Assembly (NCBI GenBank): GCA_027459485.1
Contig: DAIDIG010000001.1
Span: forward strand, 257,989 to 321,988
Length of the DNA stretch: 64,000 nt
Source of the DNA: Bdellovibrionales bacterium
Lineage (GTDB): Bacteria > Bdellovibrionota > Bdellovibrionia > Bdellovibrionales > UBA1609
Direction: 5' to 3'
Shown: positions 47,520 through 57,100 of the stretch, piece after piece
Layout of the letters: each line of letters begins with the position of its first letter
How positions within the stretch are numbered: the stretch's first letter is position 1
Translations under genes and position numbers: made by a program
The notes under the pieces: generated by a model
Told to the model about the DNA's origin: nothing
Database searches by the model: none
What the model saw: only the letters and a program-made list of their open reading frames with translations

Positions 47520-50195
47520 CTATTGCAACACGCGGAAGAACACGCCGAGTTCCGGGTGTTCGTGATTGATGTACGCTTGAACCATATCGCCTTTGCGGAT
47601 TTCGATCGTGTGAAATTCTCCAGGTACACCCGGCGTGCCTGGTTCGCCATTCGGCCCTGGAGGGCCTGGCGGGATGCCATTGTCTTGATAGCGACCGTTC
47701 AAAATGGCATCGCGAAGTTTCGCCGTGATTTGCTCATCGATGGTATTGACGACTTTGCTCCCGTCTTGTGCGCCGGCTAGCTTCGAGCCGATGTATCCAG
47801 CCATATCGGCCTGATTTTCGAAAGTGATGCCGATATCCCGTTCAGCATAAACATCAATCAGGTTTTGCAACTTCAAGTCGATAAGGGGACCAATGGACTT
47901 ACCGGCCATACGGGGCATCACGATAATGTTCTGGATACGACGAAGAAAAGCCTCATTGTAATCGCCGTTTTTTATAAGGTATTCGTCGATCTGAGCTCGA
48001 CTCGATTGCGGTGTCAAGACGTCGGTCCCCGCATTGTCTGTCATGATGACGTCTATATTTTTCATACTGGCGACTCGCCCCATGCTATCTGTGAGTCGAC
48101 CGCCGTTGTCGTCAAGCCATGTCAGCAGAATGTTATCTACAATACTTTTGTGCATCCGCGACGGCTCATCGATATGAAGCTCGGCATATGGCTTTTGGCG
48201 AATTGCATTTTGAATTGCCGAACCTTCCGCCGCGCCTTGGTAACCTTGACCTGCCGAAGTGAAGTTACTTGCTTGAAAAGCTTGTTGATAATCGCCGCCG
48301 TTAATCGTGATTCGCTCGCCGCCCTTAAATGCGTTCGAGTAAGATATGGCGAGTTGGGTTTTACCACCGCCCGGTGCGCCCAAAATAAGCGTGACCGAAC
48401 GAGGAGCGTCGGGGCCGCGAATTCGAGCTGCCGAGTTATCAATCGCGCGAATTAAATTGTAATAGGATTCAGCGCCGGCATACTCCTTCTGAAAGTCCGC
48501 CCAATTCTCTTCAAACGTCCTCGGCTTCACATCCTTTAAAATTTCGACGTATGAAAATTCAGGGTGATCGCGATGAATTTGAATTGCCAGGTCCTCGATT
48601 GTGAGCCTTTTCAATTTTGCCTGAACGGCATTGCCTTCGTTGACCTTATTTTGCAGGTCCGTGATTCGCGTTTGAAGCGCCGAAATTTCTTGCCGGGCCG
48701 CTTGAACTTCGATGGGTTTTCGAGCTTGATGTATTTTGGCTTCAGCAACGTTTAGTTCGCCTTTCGCTTTGGTGAGTTCCGATTTGGCTGCGTCAAGAGC
48801 CTTCATCTTCTGCGCCGCCTCGTGAAGTTCAATCGATCGAGCTTCGGCTTTGTCAATTTTGGCTTGAAGCTCAGCGAGCTCACCAGGAATTTCTTCGACC
48901 CGGTTTCGCGCAAAACGACCGGGTAACTGTTTGAGTTCTTGTAACTTGCTTTCGAGATTCGCCTTTTCGATTCGCAATTCTTGCGCGAGCGAGATTCGCT
49001 CGCCAAGACTCAAGATTTTATCTTCGCGGTTGATGGCTTCGGTGAGTAGGTAGGCCGAGCAGCCTGGCTGAGCCATATCCGGGTAATACCGACGGCAGCG
49101 TTCATCCGACCACTTCACTACGTCGTCGTCTATTTCGACGTTATTTGCTTTTTCAAGTTGTGCGACCTCGTGCTCGAGGGCTCCCTGTATTTCACCGGGC
49201 GTCAGCTGGCGAACATATACTAAGCGCCAACCTCGTTCTTTCGCGAATGGGTAGAGCGATTTGATTGATTCAGGGTCGCCGATATTGCCGGTTTTCGTAT
49301 CAACCCCGCCCTGCGCTTCACCGATAAACAGAAGATCGGGGTCTTGAAGAGTTTGGCGTGCAATCGCCTGCATCTCATGAATGTCTGGCGATTTCACTGT
49401 CGCGACATTGCCAGCCTCAGCCTTTTGCCAATTGCGAAGGGATGTAAATAGCACAATAAATTTTGGCTTATCACCTTTGCCGTAATCAAGACCGGCCAGC
49501 TTCTTTTCGTTATTGGCCGCCATGACCTTTTTTAGTTCGCGCTCGAGTTGTTCGGGGGTATGGATTTTCGTAGTGTCGACTTCAAGGATACGCGTATCGC
49601 TCGGAAATTTTTTTAAGCGACCTTGGATAATCTCTCTCTGCACTTGATTGATAACCGAGGTTTTACCACCCATCGGGGGGCCGTATGTGATCACTCCATC
49701 AGTGGTATAGCGGCTATCGAGCGCGACGAGCATATTTTCGACTTCAACATTTCGCCCGATGGTCGGCGGCAGACCCCCGTTTATGGCTTCGACGTATTTG
49801 TCTTTGATCAAACCGCCCGTTAGTGTCGAGATTACATCCTGTAGACGCGATAAAGGCTTTAGGCCGTTGCCGCCGTTTCCGTTACCGCCGCTTGGTGTTT
49901 GAGTCGAGTTGGGTTTCGCTTGATTGTCTTCATCCGTCTTAGCAGTACGCAGGCCGCCTTCATTCGATTCGGACATTTTCAAGTTGGGGTCAGCGACGTC
50001 ATCCGGCTTGTTTCTAAGCCAACGCCATGCCCGCATCATGAAGCTTTCGGTACCGCCCGATTCTTGAACCATATTTGCGGTACTGCTAACAATGTTGCCG
50101 TCACCTGCCAATGGGATATCAGCGGCTTGGGCAAAGGCTCGAGCGCCACCGACGGCGAGAAATGCGGCAATGACGTAAATTGAAAGTTTGTTCAT
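47520..50195 (-). CDS. Diverged two-NBD ClpB/Hsp100-like AAA+ protein with Sec-type signal peptide (891 aa)
   Basis: ORF 47520..50243 trimmed to MNKLSIYVIAAFLAVGGARAFA|QA, with a GAGGA SD. NBD1 TIGRNVEVENML...GPPMGGKT (49659-49682). A coiled-coil middle region (about 48606-49013). NBD2 GAPGGGKT (48357-48380), LHIDEP, LLTWLDDNGGRLTDSMGRVASMKNIDVIMTDN, co-linear with E. coli ClpB by eye. Confidence 0.8.
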   Translation of the reverse strand: MNKLSIYVIAAFLAVGGARAFAQAADIPLAGDGNIVSSTANMVQESGGTESFMMRAWRWLRNKPDDVADPNLKMSESNEGGLRTAKTDEDNQAKPNSTQTPSGGNGNGGNGLKPLSRLQDVISTLTGGLIKDKYVEAINGGLPPTIGRNVEVENMLVALDSRYTTDGVITYGPPMGGKTSVINQVQREIIQGRLKKFPSDTRILEVDTTKIHTPEQLERELKKVMAANNEKKLAGLDYGKGDKPKFIVLFTSLRNWQKAEAGNVATVKSPDIHEMQAIARQTLQDPDLLFIGEAQGGVDTKTGNIGDPESIKSLYPFAKERGWRLVYVRQLTPGEIQGALEHEVAQLEKANNVEIDDDVVKWSDERCRRYYPDMAQPGCSAYLLTEAINREDKILSLGERISLAQELRIEKANLESKLQELKQLPGRFARNRVEEIPGELAELQAKIDKAEARSIELHEAAQKMKALDAAKSELTKAKGELNVAEAKIHQARKPIEVQAARQEISALQTRITDLQNKVNEGNAVQAKLKRLTIEDLAIQIHRDHPEFSYVEILKDVKPRTFEENWADFQKEYAGAESYYNLIRAIDNSAARIRGPDAPRSVTLILGAPGGGKTQLAISYSNAFKGGERITINGGDYQQAFQASNFTSAGQGYQGAAEGSAIQNAIRQKPYAELHIDEPSRMHKSIVDNILLTWLDDNGGRLTDSMGRVASMKNIDVIMTDNAGTDVLTPQSSRAQIDEYLIKNGDYNEAFLRRIQNIIVMPRMAGKSIGPLIDLKLQNLIDVYAERDIGITFENQADMAGYIGSKLAGAQDGSKVVNTIDEQITAKLRDAILNGRYQDNGIPPGPPGPNGEPGTPGVPGEFHTIEIRKGDMVQAYINHEHPELGVFFRVLQ
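47613..47666 (-). repeat. Collagen-like G-X-Y x6 coding stretch inside the ClpB-like C-terminal domain
   Basis: Encodes GPP-GPN-GEP-GTP-GVP-GEF. Read directly from the reverse complement of 47613-47666. Confidence 0.9.
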
Positions 50196-50303
50196 GACAT
50201 AGTCCTCGCAAATTATTCCGAACCACAACTGTGCAATCCCCATTCCAAGTCTGACGTAACAAGATCGAACTCACGCAATCGACCTTGCCGGGAATTGTCA
50301 TCC

Positions 50304-50338
50304 AGGTGTCTATATTTTTGACACCTAAAGCGGGTGTC
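50304..50338. promoter_or_regulatory. Operator-like GGTGTC motif cluster in the divergent intergenic region
   Basis: AGGTGTC (50304-50310) and its inverted copy GACACCT (50320-50326) are separated by 9 nt of A/T. A third GGTGTC lies at 50333-50338. TTGACA at 50318-50323 overlaps the inverted repeat. Confidence 0.3.
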
Positions 50339-50390
50339 AGCCTCTAGAATCCAGTCGAGAGTGGAACGTAAATTGCCTTCTATATAAGTC

Positions 50391-52283
50391 ATGAAAGCTC
50401 TGATTTCATTGTTTCTAGCACTCTCCATCATCTTGGGCCCCTTGCAGGAGATCAACGCGGCGGCTGAGCCCCGAGCAGAGGCGGCGGCGAACGGGCTGAC
50501 CGTAGCGGATGTGCAATTAATCAACTCGCGGCGATCGACGCTCGAGCAGGTTTTTCTCGTTTCGCTACTCAATCGAACCCGCCTTTTCGAAATATTGAAC
50601 AAGGTGCTTTTTCAAGCTCAAAACGATTGTCTGCAAAATCCTTTCAGCTTTTACGTCACTGTTAAACAATCGGGCAATTGCCCGGCGATTGTGAACGAGA
50701 TGCTTTACAACATCAAAGTTAATTACCCCGATATCAGAAAACTTTACGCCGTTTACAATTTGATTCGAAATTCCAAAATTCTGCTCGACGCCCTGACTCA
50801 ACGAGAGGGCTACCGGTTCAGCGACGGCCCAATTCGGACGCCGTTAGGCGAAGCCCAGACGGCTCTTGATTATTCTCGAGATTTGACCCAGGGGCCGATA
50901 GACGTATCGTTGAGCGATCTCAGCTTAAAATCGCCGATACCGACGCATTTTCAGGGGCTGCTCAATGGATTTGACATTCAAAATATTCGACCGACGCTCG
51001 AAGACTATCAACTGGCTGCCTCGAATATGGCGCCCATGCTCATCGCGGAGCCGTGCGATTCGTGCAAAGGTGGCCTCGAGCCGACAAACTACGACTTATC
51101 GGTGACAGGGCTCTATCAGAAGGAGTGCAGCGACTATGTCGCCGCCAATCTCGGCAAAATGCTCATCGCCCCCGACTATGCGCGATGGCCCCGCCAATCC
51201 GGCATGATCTGTAAAGACTTTCGATTGGCATTTAACCGAAACACTCAGAAATTTTCTTTTGTGTTGTCGGGGTTACCTCGTGATTCGAGTGCGTGGAACC
51301 ACCAGTGGCTCAATTTGTATCGGGACGTCGTAAATAAGGGGCTAATGGCTCATCGTGATGATATGGTCGCATACGTCAAGATACGGTTATTTGATCTCAT
51401 ATCTCAAGCCCCTTATGCTGCTTTGGTGGGGACGCCCACTCCCTCACTTTTTGCCCTGAAAAATGCGATTCGAAGCATTGCTCATCAGGCGGCCAAAGAT
51501 GAGAGCGACTTCGAAAAACTATTCTTAAAATTACGAGTAGCACCAAATAGTCAAAAAGATTACCAAGCCAAACGAAAGCAATACCTAGCCCTGATGGACC
51601 GCTCACAAGTGGTGAAAAATCTGCTGCAATATCCTTCGCCCGATATGCAGGCTGAAGCGGACAATGCAGTATTCGGAAAAATAGCGCAGGACCTGACCTT
51701 CGAGCGGCAGATGAACCAAACTGTACATAATGTCGTCGTCAGCGTCGCTTGGCTGGCTCTGCCTGTCGTGAGCGGCTATTTGTGCACGGCGCTGGCGAAA
51801 ATACCCGCTACGATTTGCTCAAGCGTGATTATGGCTGCGACGGTGGGCCTCTCAGCACCTTATGTTTGGCAGAGCTTCTCGAATTTCAATCAAATTTTTG
51901 GAGAAATGTTTGCCGGTCAACAGATTGGCAATAATGAGGCGGATGGGTTGGCCGCGTCGCCGAAATTAGCGCGAATTGATTCGTCGGTGGCAAATCCAGC
52001 AGTTCTTCGCAACTTGGTGCTGCGAGATCTAGACGAGGTCGATTCGGCCTACGATGCTGAGATTTTTCAGATCGTGTCAGCCGGTGCCGGTGCCGCGATC
52101 GGGGTCAAATTTGAAGTTCCGCGAGTCAACGCTCTCTACAAAGTGCTGTCTGAAGGCCTCGAATCAAAAGCGGCGATCGAGTCACCCGAGGCTGCGAAAG
52201 ACGCCGCGAAAATTATGAAGGCCGCACGATTTCTCGCTCGTTTGAACCCGTTCGGAACGCCGAAGGGTACGCCAGCACCTTAA
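50391..52283 (+). CDS. Large exported hypothetical protein (630 aa) with internal hydrophobic hairpin
   Basis: Signal peptide MKALISLFLALSIILGPLQEINA. Hydrophobic pair VVVSVAWLALPVVSGYLCTALA / ICSSVIMAATVGLSAPYVW at residues about 446-492 (51726-51866). No SD, and a TATATAAG lies just upstream of the ATG. Confidence 0.65.
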   Translation: MKALISLFLALSIILGPLQEINAAAEPRAEAAANGLTVADVQLINSRRSTLEQVFLVSLLNRTRLFEILNKVLFQAQNDCLQNPFSFYVTVKQSGNCPAIVNEMLYNIKVNYPDIRKLYAVYNLIRNSKILLDALTQREGYRFSDGPIRTPLGEAQTALDYSRDLTQGPIDVSLSDLSLKSPIPTHFQGLLNGFDIQNIRPTLEDYQLAASNMAPMLIAEPCDSCKGGLEPTNYDLSVTGLYQKECSDYVAANLGKMLIAPDYARWPRQSGMICKDFRLAFNRNTQKFSFVLSGLPRDSSAWNHQWLNLYRDVVNKGLMAHRDDMVAYVKIRLFDLISQAPYAALVGTPTPSLFALKNAIRSIAHQAAKDESDFEKLFLKLRVAPNSQKDYQAKRKQYLALMDRSQVVKNLLQYPSPDMQAEADNAVFGKIAQDLTFERQMNQTVHNVVVSVAWLALPVVSGYLCTALAKIPATICSSVIMAATVGLSAPYVWQSFSNFNQIFGEMFAGQQIGNNEADGLAASPKLARIDSSVANPAVLRNLVLRDLDEVDSAYDAEIFQIVSAGAGAAIGVKFEVPRVNALYKVLSEGLESKAAIESPEAAKDAAKIMKAARFLARLNPFGTPKGTPAP

Positions 52284-52448
52284 AATCCGCTGGCTCGCAG
52301 AAAACGTTATGCCAAGGGAACAATTTTAGACTACTTGATTCTCTGATCACGCGTGAGTAGCGGTATGATATAAGCAAGGCTGGTCGCCGCGATAATTTCA
52401 TCGGCGGGATCTGAATGAAAATCGAGTACCTTGAGCGCCGCCATCACG

Positions 52449-54197
52449 TCAAAATCGATGGGGGGCGGCAAGAGGGAGTTTTTGAATCTGCGAATAAGTC
52501 GCCCGCAGTTGGGAGTAGGCTTCGCCGAGACTGACCGCCAGACAATTACCGCCGATGCCGGCCGCGAACTTTTCGCATGAAAAGTGATCTTTGATTTGGC
52601 CGCCGAAGATGCTCATGACAATTTGCTTCGTCGCCGGGTCGTAGTGAATCCCGCTATTGGCCGGAACACAGCGCTTCGGAGGCAGGTTCGCCGAACCATT
52701 CTTGTTAGTTCCCCCGCCGTAAATGGTATTGGCCGATAAAAACTGATACCAAAGCAAATACTCGGCAAGCTCTTCGGTCGCCAATTGGCGGTTGTACATC
52801 GAAATATGTTTTGTAAAGGCATCGACGTTGCAACTGAAATTGAGCGCGTCGAGAGCATTGTAAGTGGTGTTGAGAAGTTCCTTTTCTTTGCTGTTTGGTA
52901 GTAGCGCTCCGCTATCGACCGGTACCAGACGCGTTGTGAAATCAAATAAGTGACCCGGCATGTGTTTAGCCAACTCGTACTTCCAACCCCTCTCCGGACC
53001 ATACAAATGATTGTAAAGTCGTTGAAGCCCCATATGGTGCCCCGCCACATTGATGACGCCGCCGACGCTGGCCATGCCCATCAATTTCATGAGAGTGACA
53101 AACTGCCATTTTGGGTTTGAGAGACCGAGAAACCGTAGCAAAGTTTGAATTCGAGCGGCGCGCTGATATTTTTCGGTATTCTCGCCAATTTTCAATTTGA
53201 AATTCCGCTCTTTCATGCGCTCTTCAAATTTGGCTCGGGCCTTGGCGTCGTTACTCATTGCCTCCTGCAGAAGTTGAGAGTCCGTTACGTTTTGCGCACC
53301 CTTATAGCCGATCGACTCGAGTTCGGTCTCGAGTCCGCTGATTTGCAGCCTCATCTGCATTATTTCTGTAAGTGCTTGGGCGCGCGCCGGGTCCTTCTTT
53401 GCGATGATATTGATACGTTTCAACATTTTGGCGGTGTCGAGCACGTCTGCGTTGGCATCTTCCGCCGCATCGGGGAGTGCGCCCCGCAACGAACGAAACA
53501 GACCGCCCCACGATTCGGTCATGCCGTTCCAGGTATCGGCAATGTAGGGCCACGCGCGGGGATTGACGATAGTTAGAATGAACGCAGCCGCGCCCGCCCA
53601 TTTGAGGCCGACTAAAAACTGCTGGGCCGGTTCTGATGTAATTATTAGGTTTCGAAAAGCGGCATTATTGTCGTATTGATCATTGATTGTTTTAAAAATG
53701 GTGAATACGGCAGGTGCCGATAGTGGGTCAGTGATGTAGATACCGGCCAGAGTCACAATCTTATGATTGAAATCCGAATTCGTGCCCGTCAAAAGATTTT
53801 GAATAACAGCCGTTAAGGCGGTCGCGAGCGGTCCGTCAGTTTGAGCCTCGGCATCATCGACTTGTTGCTCGATCGATTTTGAGCCACTTTGATTTTCGGC
53901 TTTTGTCGCATTGACGACGTTGGTGTCAAAGTCACTTGTCAGAAGAGCATTGTTCAGTTCGCTTGCAAATCGTTGCTGTTTCGGCAGTGACTCTTGCTGG
54001 TAAACTCGAAAGTAATGGTTGAGTAGAATTCTGAACTCTTCATATTCACCAGCCGGCACGTTATTTTGAATGAGGGCCAAGGCAGCTGGAGCTAAAACGG
54101 AGGGTTCCGACGGCTGTGGCGGTTGTACGGCCATCAGATACGAAGATTGGGTGACTACCAAAACTATCGCGACAATCATCCGAAGACTTCGCTTCAT
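52449..54197 (-). CDS. Large exported hypothetical protein (582 aa)
   Basis: ORF 52449..54260 trimmed to MKRSLRMIVAIVLVVTQSSYLMA, with a GGAGG SD 6 nt upstream. ATGA overlap with the upstream 1138 aa gene. Internal hydrophobic helices FLVGLKWAGAAAFILTIV and FVTLMKLMGMASVGGVINVAG. Confidence 0.65.
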   Translation of the reverse strand: MKRSLRMIVAIVLVVTQSSYLMAVQPPQPSEPSVLAPAALALIQNNVPAGEYEEFRILLNHYFRVYQQESLPKQQRFASELNNALLTSDFDTNVVNATKAENQSGSKSIEQQVDDAEAQTDGPLATALTAVIQNLLTGTNSDFNHKIVTLAGIYITDPLSAPAVFTIFKTINDQYDNNAAFRNLIITSEPAQQFLVGLKWAGAAAFILTIVNPRAWPYIADTWNGMTESWGGLFRSLRGALPDAAEDANADVLDTAKMLKRINIIAKKDPARAQALTEIMQMRLQISGLETELESIGYKGAQNVTDSQLLQEAMSNDAKARAKFEERMKERNFKLKIGENTEKYQRAARIQTLLRFLGLSNPKWQFVTLMKLMGMASVGGVINVAGHHMGLQRLYNHLYGPERGWKYELAKHMPGHLFDFTTRLVPVDSGALLPNSKEKELLNTTYNALDALNFSCNVDAFTKHISMYNRQLATEELAEYLLWYQFLSANTIYGGGTNKNGSANLPPKRCVPANSGIHYDPATKQIVMSIFGGQIKDHFSCEKFAAGIGGNCLAVSLGEAYSQLRATYSQIQKLPLAAPHRF

Positions 54198-57100
54198 TGC
54201 GAACCTCCAGCCATGGGGTTCGCCATTCCGATTTTGGCTGATTGGGCGTGAAGATCCCACAAGTCTTGCACAGTTGCATTCGGCCCGATCACCGATTGAG
54301 CATAAATCTTGAGGGCGCTATTGCCGCCCATCTGTTCAGCACGACCGCCTATCACCGACACGATTTGATTGTAAGCAGCTCTTGCGTCGTTGATGCGGTT
54401 GAAATTGCCTGAAGCTTCAATCGCGCTCAGACGCTCGTTGAGATTCGCAAGCGTCAAAGTTGGATTGTAACCCAAATCGAGAGCGCGAATGGCCCCTTCA
54501 AGATCGATTCGATCGTTTCTGCCGAGATTGATTATGGTTTCTTCGGCTGCTTGAACGGCGGCTGGGTTACCGGACGCGATGGCGGCCTCGAGTTGGCGCG
54601 CTCTGAGGCCGGGGCGTCGCATAGTCCAGTCCACAGCTCGGCGAAACCAATTCGCGTTCACTTCGCTGAGACTCGCATTGTACGCTCCGATGCTGCCGAG
54701 AGCGCCGCCCATAAATACTATCATCACGCCGTCTGAAATCATGCTCCATTTGCTGTTGTCATTGGCGTATTGAATGGCGCCCGTGCCGTTGCGATAGCCG
54801 TCATCAGTCATGAAAATTCCGCTGCGCGTGTTCACGCCCTGTGAAAAATAAAGCTCGTTCACGGCATCCATGTGAATGTAATCGTTTACAAGTATGCGGC
54901 TTGATTGAATGCCGACATCTAGAAGCGTTTGTGCATATATCGCCATTGGTAAGAACATTCGTGTCATTACGGGCGCCATTCGCATCTCAATTTGAGACAT
55001 AAATGCCGGCAGAGCCCGCATCACTGAAAATTTGGTGGCGACGGTGCGAAGTGGCGCTGCCAAGATGTTTTGGGCCATCCAGTAAGCGAAGTACCAGCTG
55101 AAAACCGTTTTGATGGTCGCCATGTAATTGTCGTATACACTCCAGCCGATACCGGTCGTTCGTGAGATGTTGGCCTGCTCAGCTTCGACGAAGGCTTTTA
55201 TTGCCGGTTGGCTCTCGAGTAGATTAGGCAATCCATCGGCGTCGTTCAAAAAGCCAATCAAGCCGTTCATGTTTTCGGCCACCAAATACGTTCTGGCTTC
55301 TTGAGCCAAATTGTAATCGATGAAGCGAAGCCCCCAATCAATTCGCTGGGCGGCGATCGACGGGCTTTTCGCGTTTGCGATTTTTTCAAATAAGTATGGC
55401 GCCGAGTGATCGAAGCGGTTGCTCGAATATCGCAAAGTCAAAAACCGAACATCCGGCAAGATCAACTGCTTGACGTACGCGATTTTGTACTGCTGAATCT
55501 CGCTCTTCAGAGCGGCGCCGGAGAGCTTCGTTTGCAAGACATCCACGGCATCTTGCAATGATTTAAATGGCGCCGCTTGTGGGTTGAGCCCCATCATATC
55601 GGCTGTGTCATGCATGAGAACGCATTGGGCGTTCGGGCTGAGTGCGTTCTTACCGAACGAAATGCCAAACGCGCTTAGCACAATTTTGCCGATGGCTTTC
55701 GAGTCGGCTCTCACGCGACTCGGGGGCTTGCAGTCGTATCCGCCGTTTCGAGCATCGGTTGCGAGATGGCTGCTAACGACAGACCAGGCGGAGCGCATGC
55801 CCTCATATCTCGATTGCTGTAGAACAACTCGAAATCTCGCTATGTTCAGTGCACTCAGTGAGTTTTGCAGGTACGGAGCCCGCGTAAAGGCCATGATGTG
55901 AGGATTAAACGGGATCTCGCTATTGGGCGTTTTTGAACTATAAATAAATTCGGCTTTGAGCGCGAGGGCAAAGCTCGAAGAATAAAAGTTGCCATCCGGT
56001 TGGCTCATTTGACTGGTGGTGGCGTGGCTTCTCAATTTTGCGAAGCGAGCGACAATGCCATTGAACCAATCGAGTACCGGCTTCTGGGCGAGCGCTTGAT
56101 CAACCGTTTCGCTGGCCAACTGATAAAGGCTGTCGCTGATCGAATTGATAACTTGATCGGTAGGCGGAGAAGAATTTTCTCTCGCAACAGCGTAAAATTG
56201 ACCGAAAAGGATGCGCGCATCCAAATATTTTTTGTAAATAAGCATCTGCCGTAGTGCCGACCTCGCTGAGACTTCATCGAGTGATTCGAGACGGCCGACA
56301 TAAAATTTGACGAACTCAATAAGTTGAAGCCCCAAAGACTTTTCTATGAGTGACAGGTGCTCATTCAGTTCGCGTTGCATTTTTTTAAACTTTTCAGCAG
56401 GCATATAAGGGTTGTTACTTTGAGCGTAGGTCGTGTTGCAGCTCGAAATGAGGCTTTGCAAAGTCGAAGCAAATAATGGGGATTGAGTCATCGTCATCAG
56501 CGGGCCATAGTATGGCGCCGCCTTTTCAGCGGCATCGGTGGCTTGGGTTAACCATGATGCGAGATTTTGAGAATCCTCCGCCGTTAGCGGGGGAGTGACT
56601 TTTGAGAATTTGCCGACGTTGTAGTAATAGGGATTGATAATCAGCGCCGTTAAATCGGGGACGGTGAGTTGTGCCCCGCCTGCCAAGTGGCTATTCAAAA
56701 ATGCTGTCATGGCTTGAGGTAGTACTTTGTCAGCGGTGACCGTACCGTCGGCGATCGCCAAACGAAACAACGTTTCACTGCCTTCGGCCGCTCGAGCCCG
56801 CTGCCAAGATTCGACTTCGCTGACCGGCATTCCCAAACAGGCGCGAGCCGATGGTGGCAAAGAGAGCGCAATTCGCGCGGGCGGCACACCTCGAACTTGT
56901 TCTTGCAAGAAATATTGCTCCACCATCTGTTCGGCAATCACACAACGGGTGGCTTCAAAATTGTCTTTGCCGCTGATCTGCAGTTGATCGGCAGAGGCCG
57001 CGGCATCTGAAATAATTGAATAGATCTTTTCGGGCGTGAGGCTCACAACGGCATCCTGAGGATTCAGGCTGATGACTTCGGCCTGGCCAATGGGTTGATC

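Noticed and set aside
47520-50195. Interpretation of the ClpB-like gene as the T6SS ATPase ClpV
   Set aside because: No TssB/TssC, Hcp, VgrG, TssK/TssM or other T6SS genes are visible anywhere in the window. The protein also has a signal peptide instead of the ClpV N-domain.
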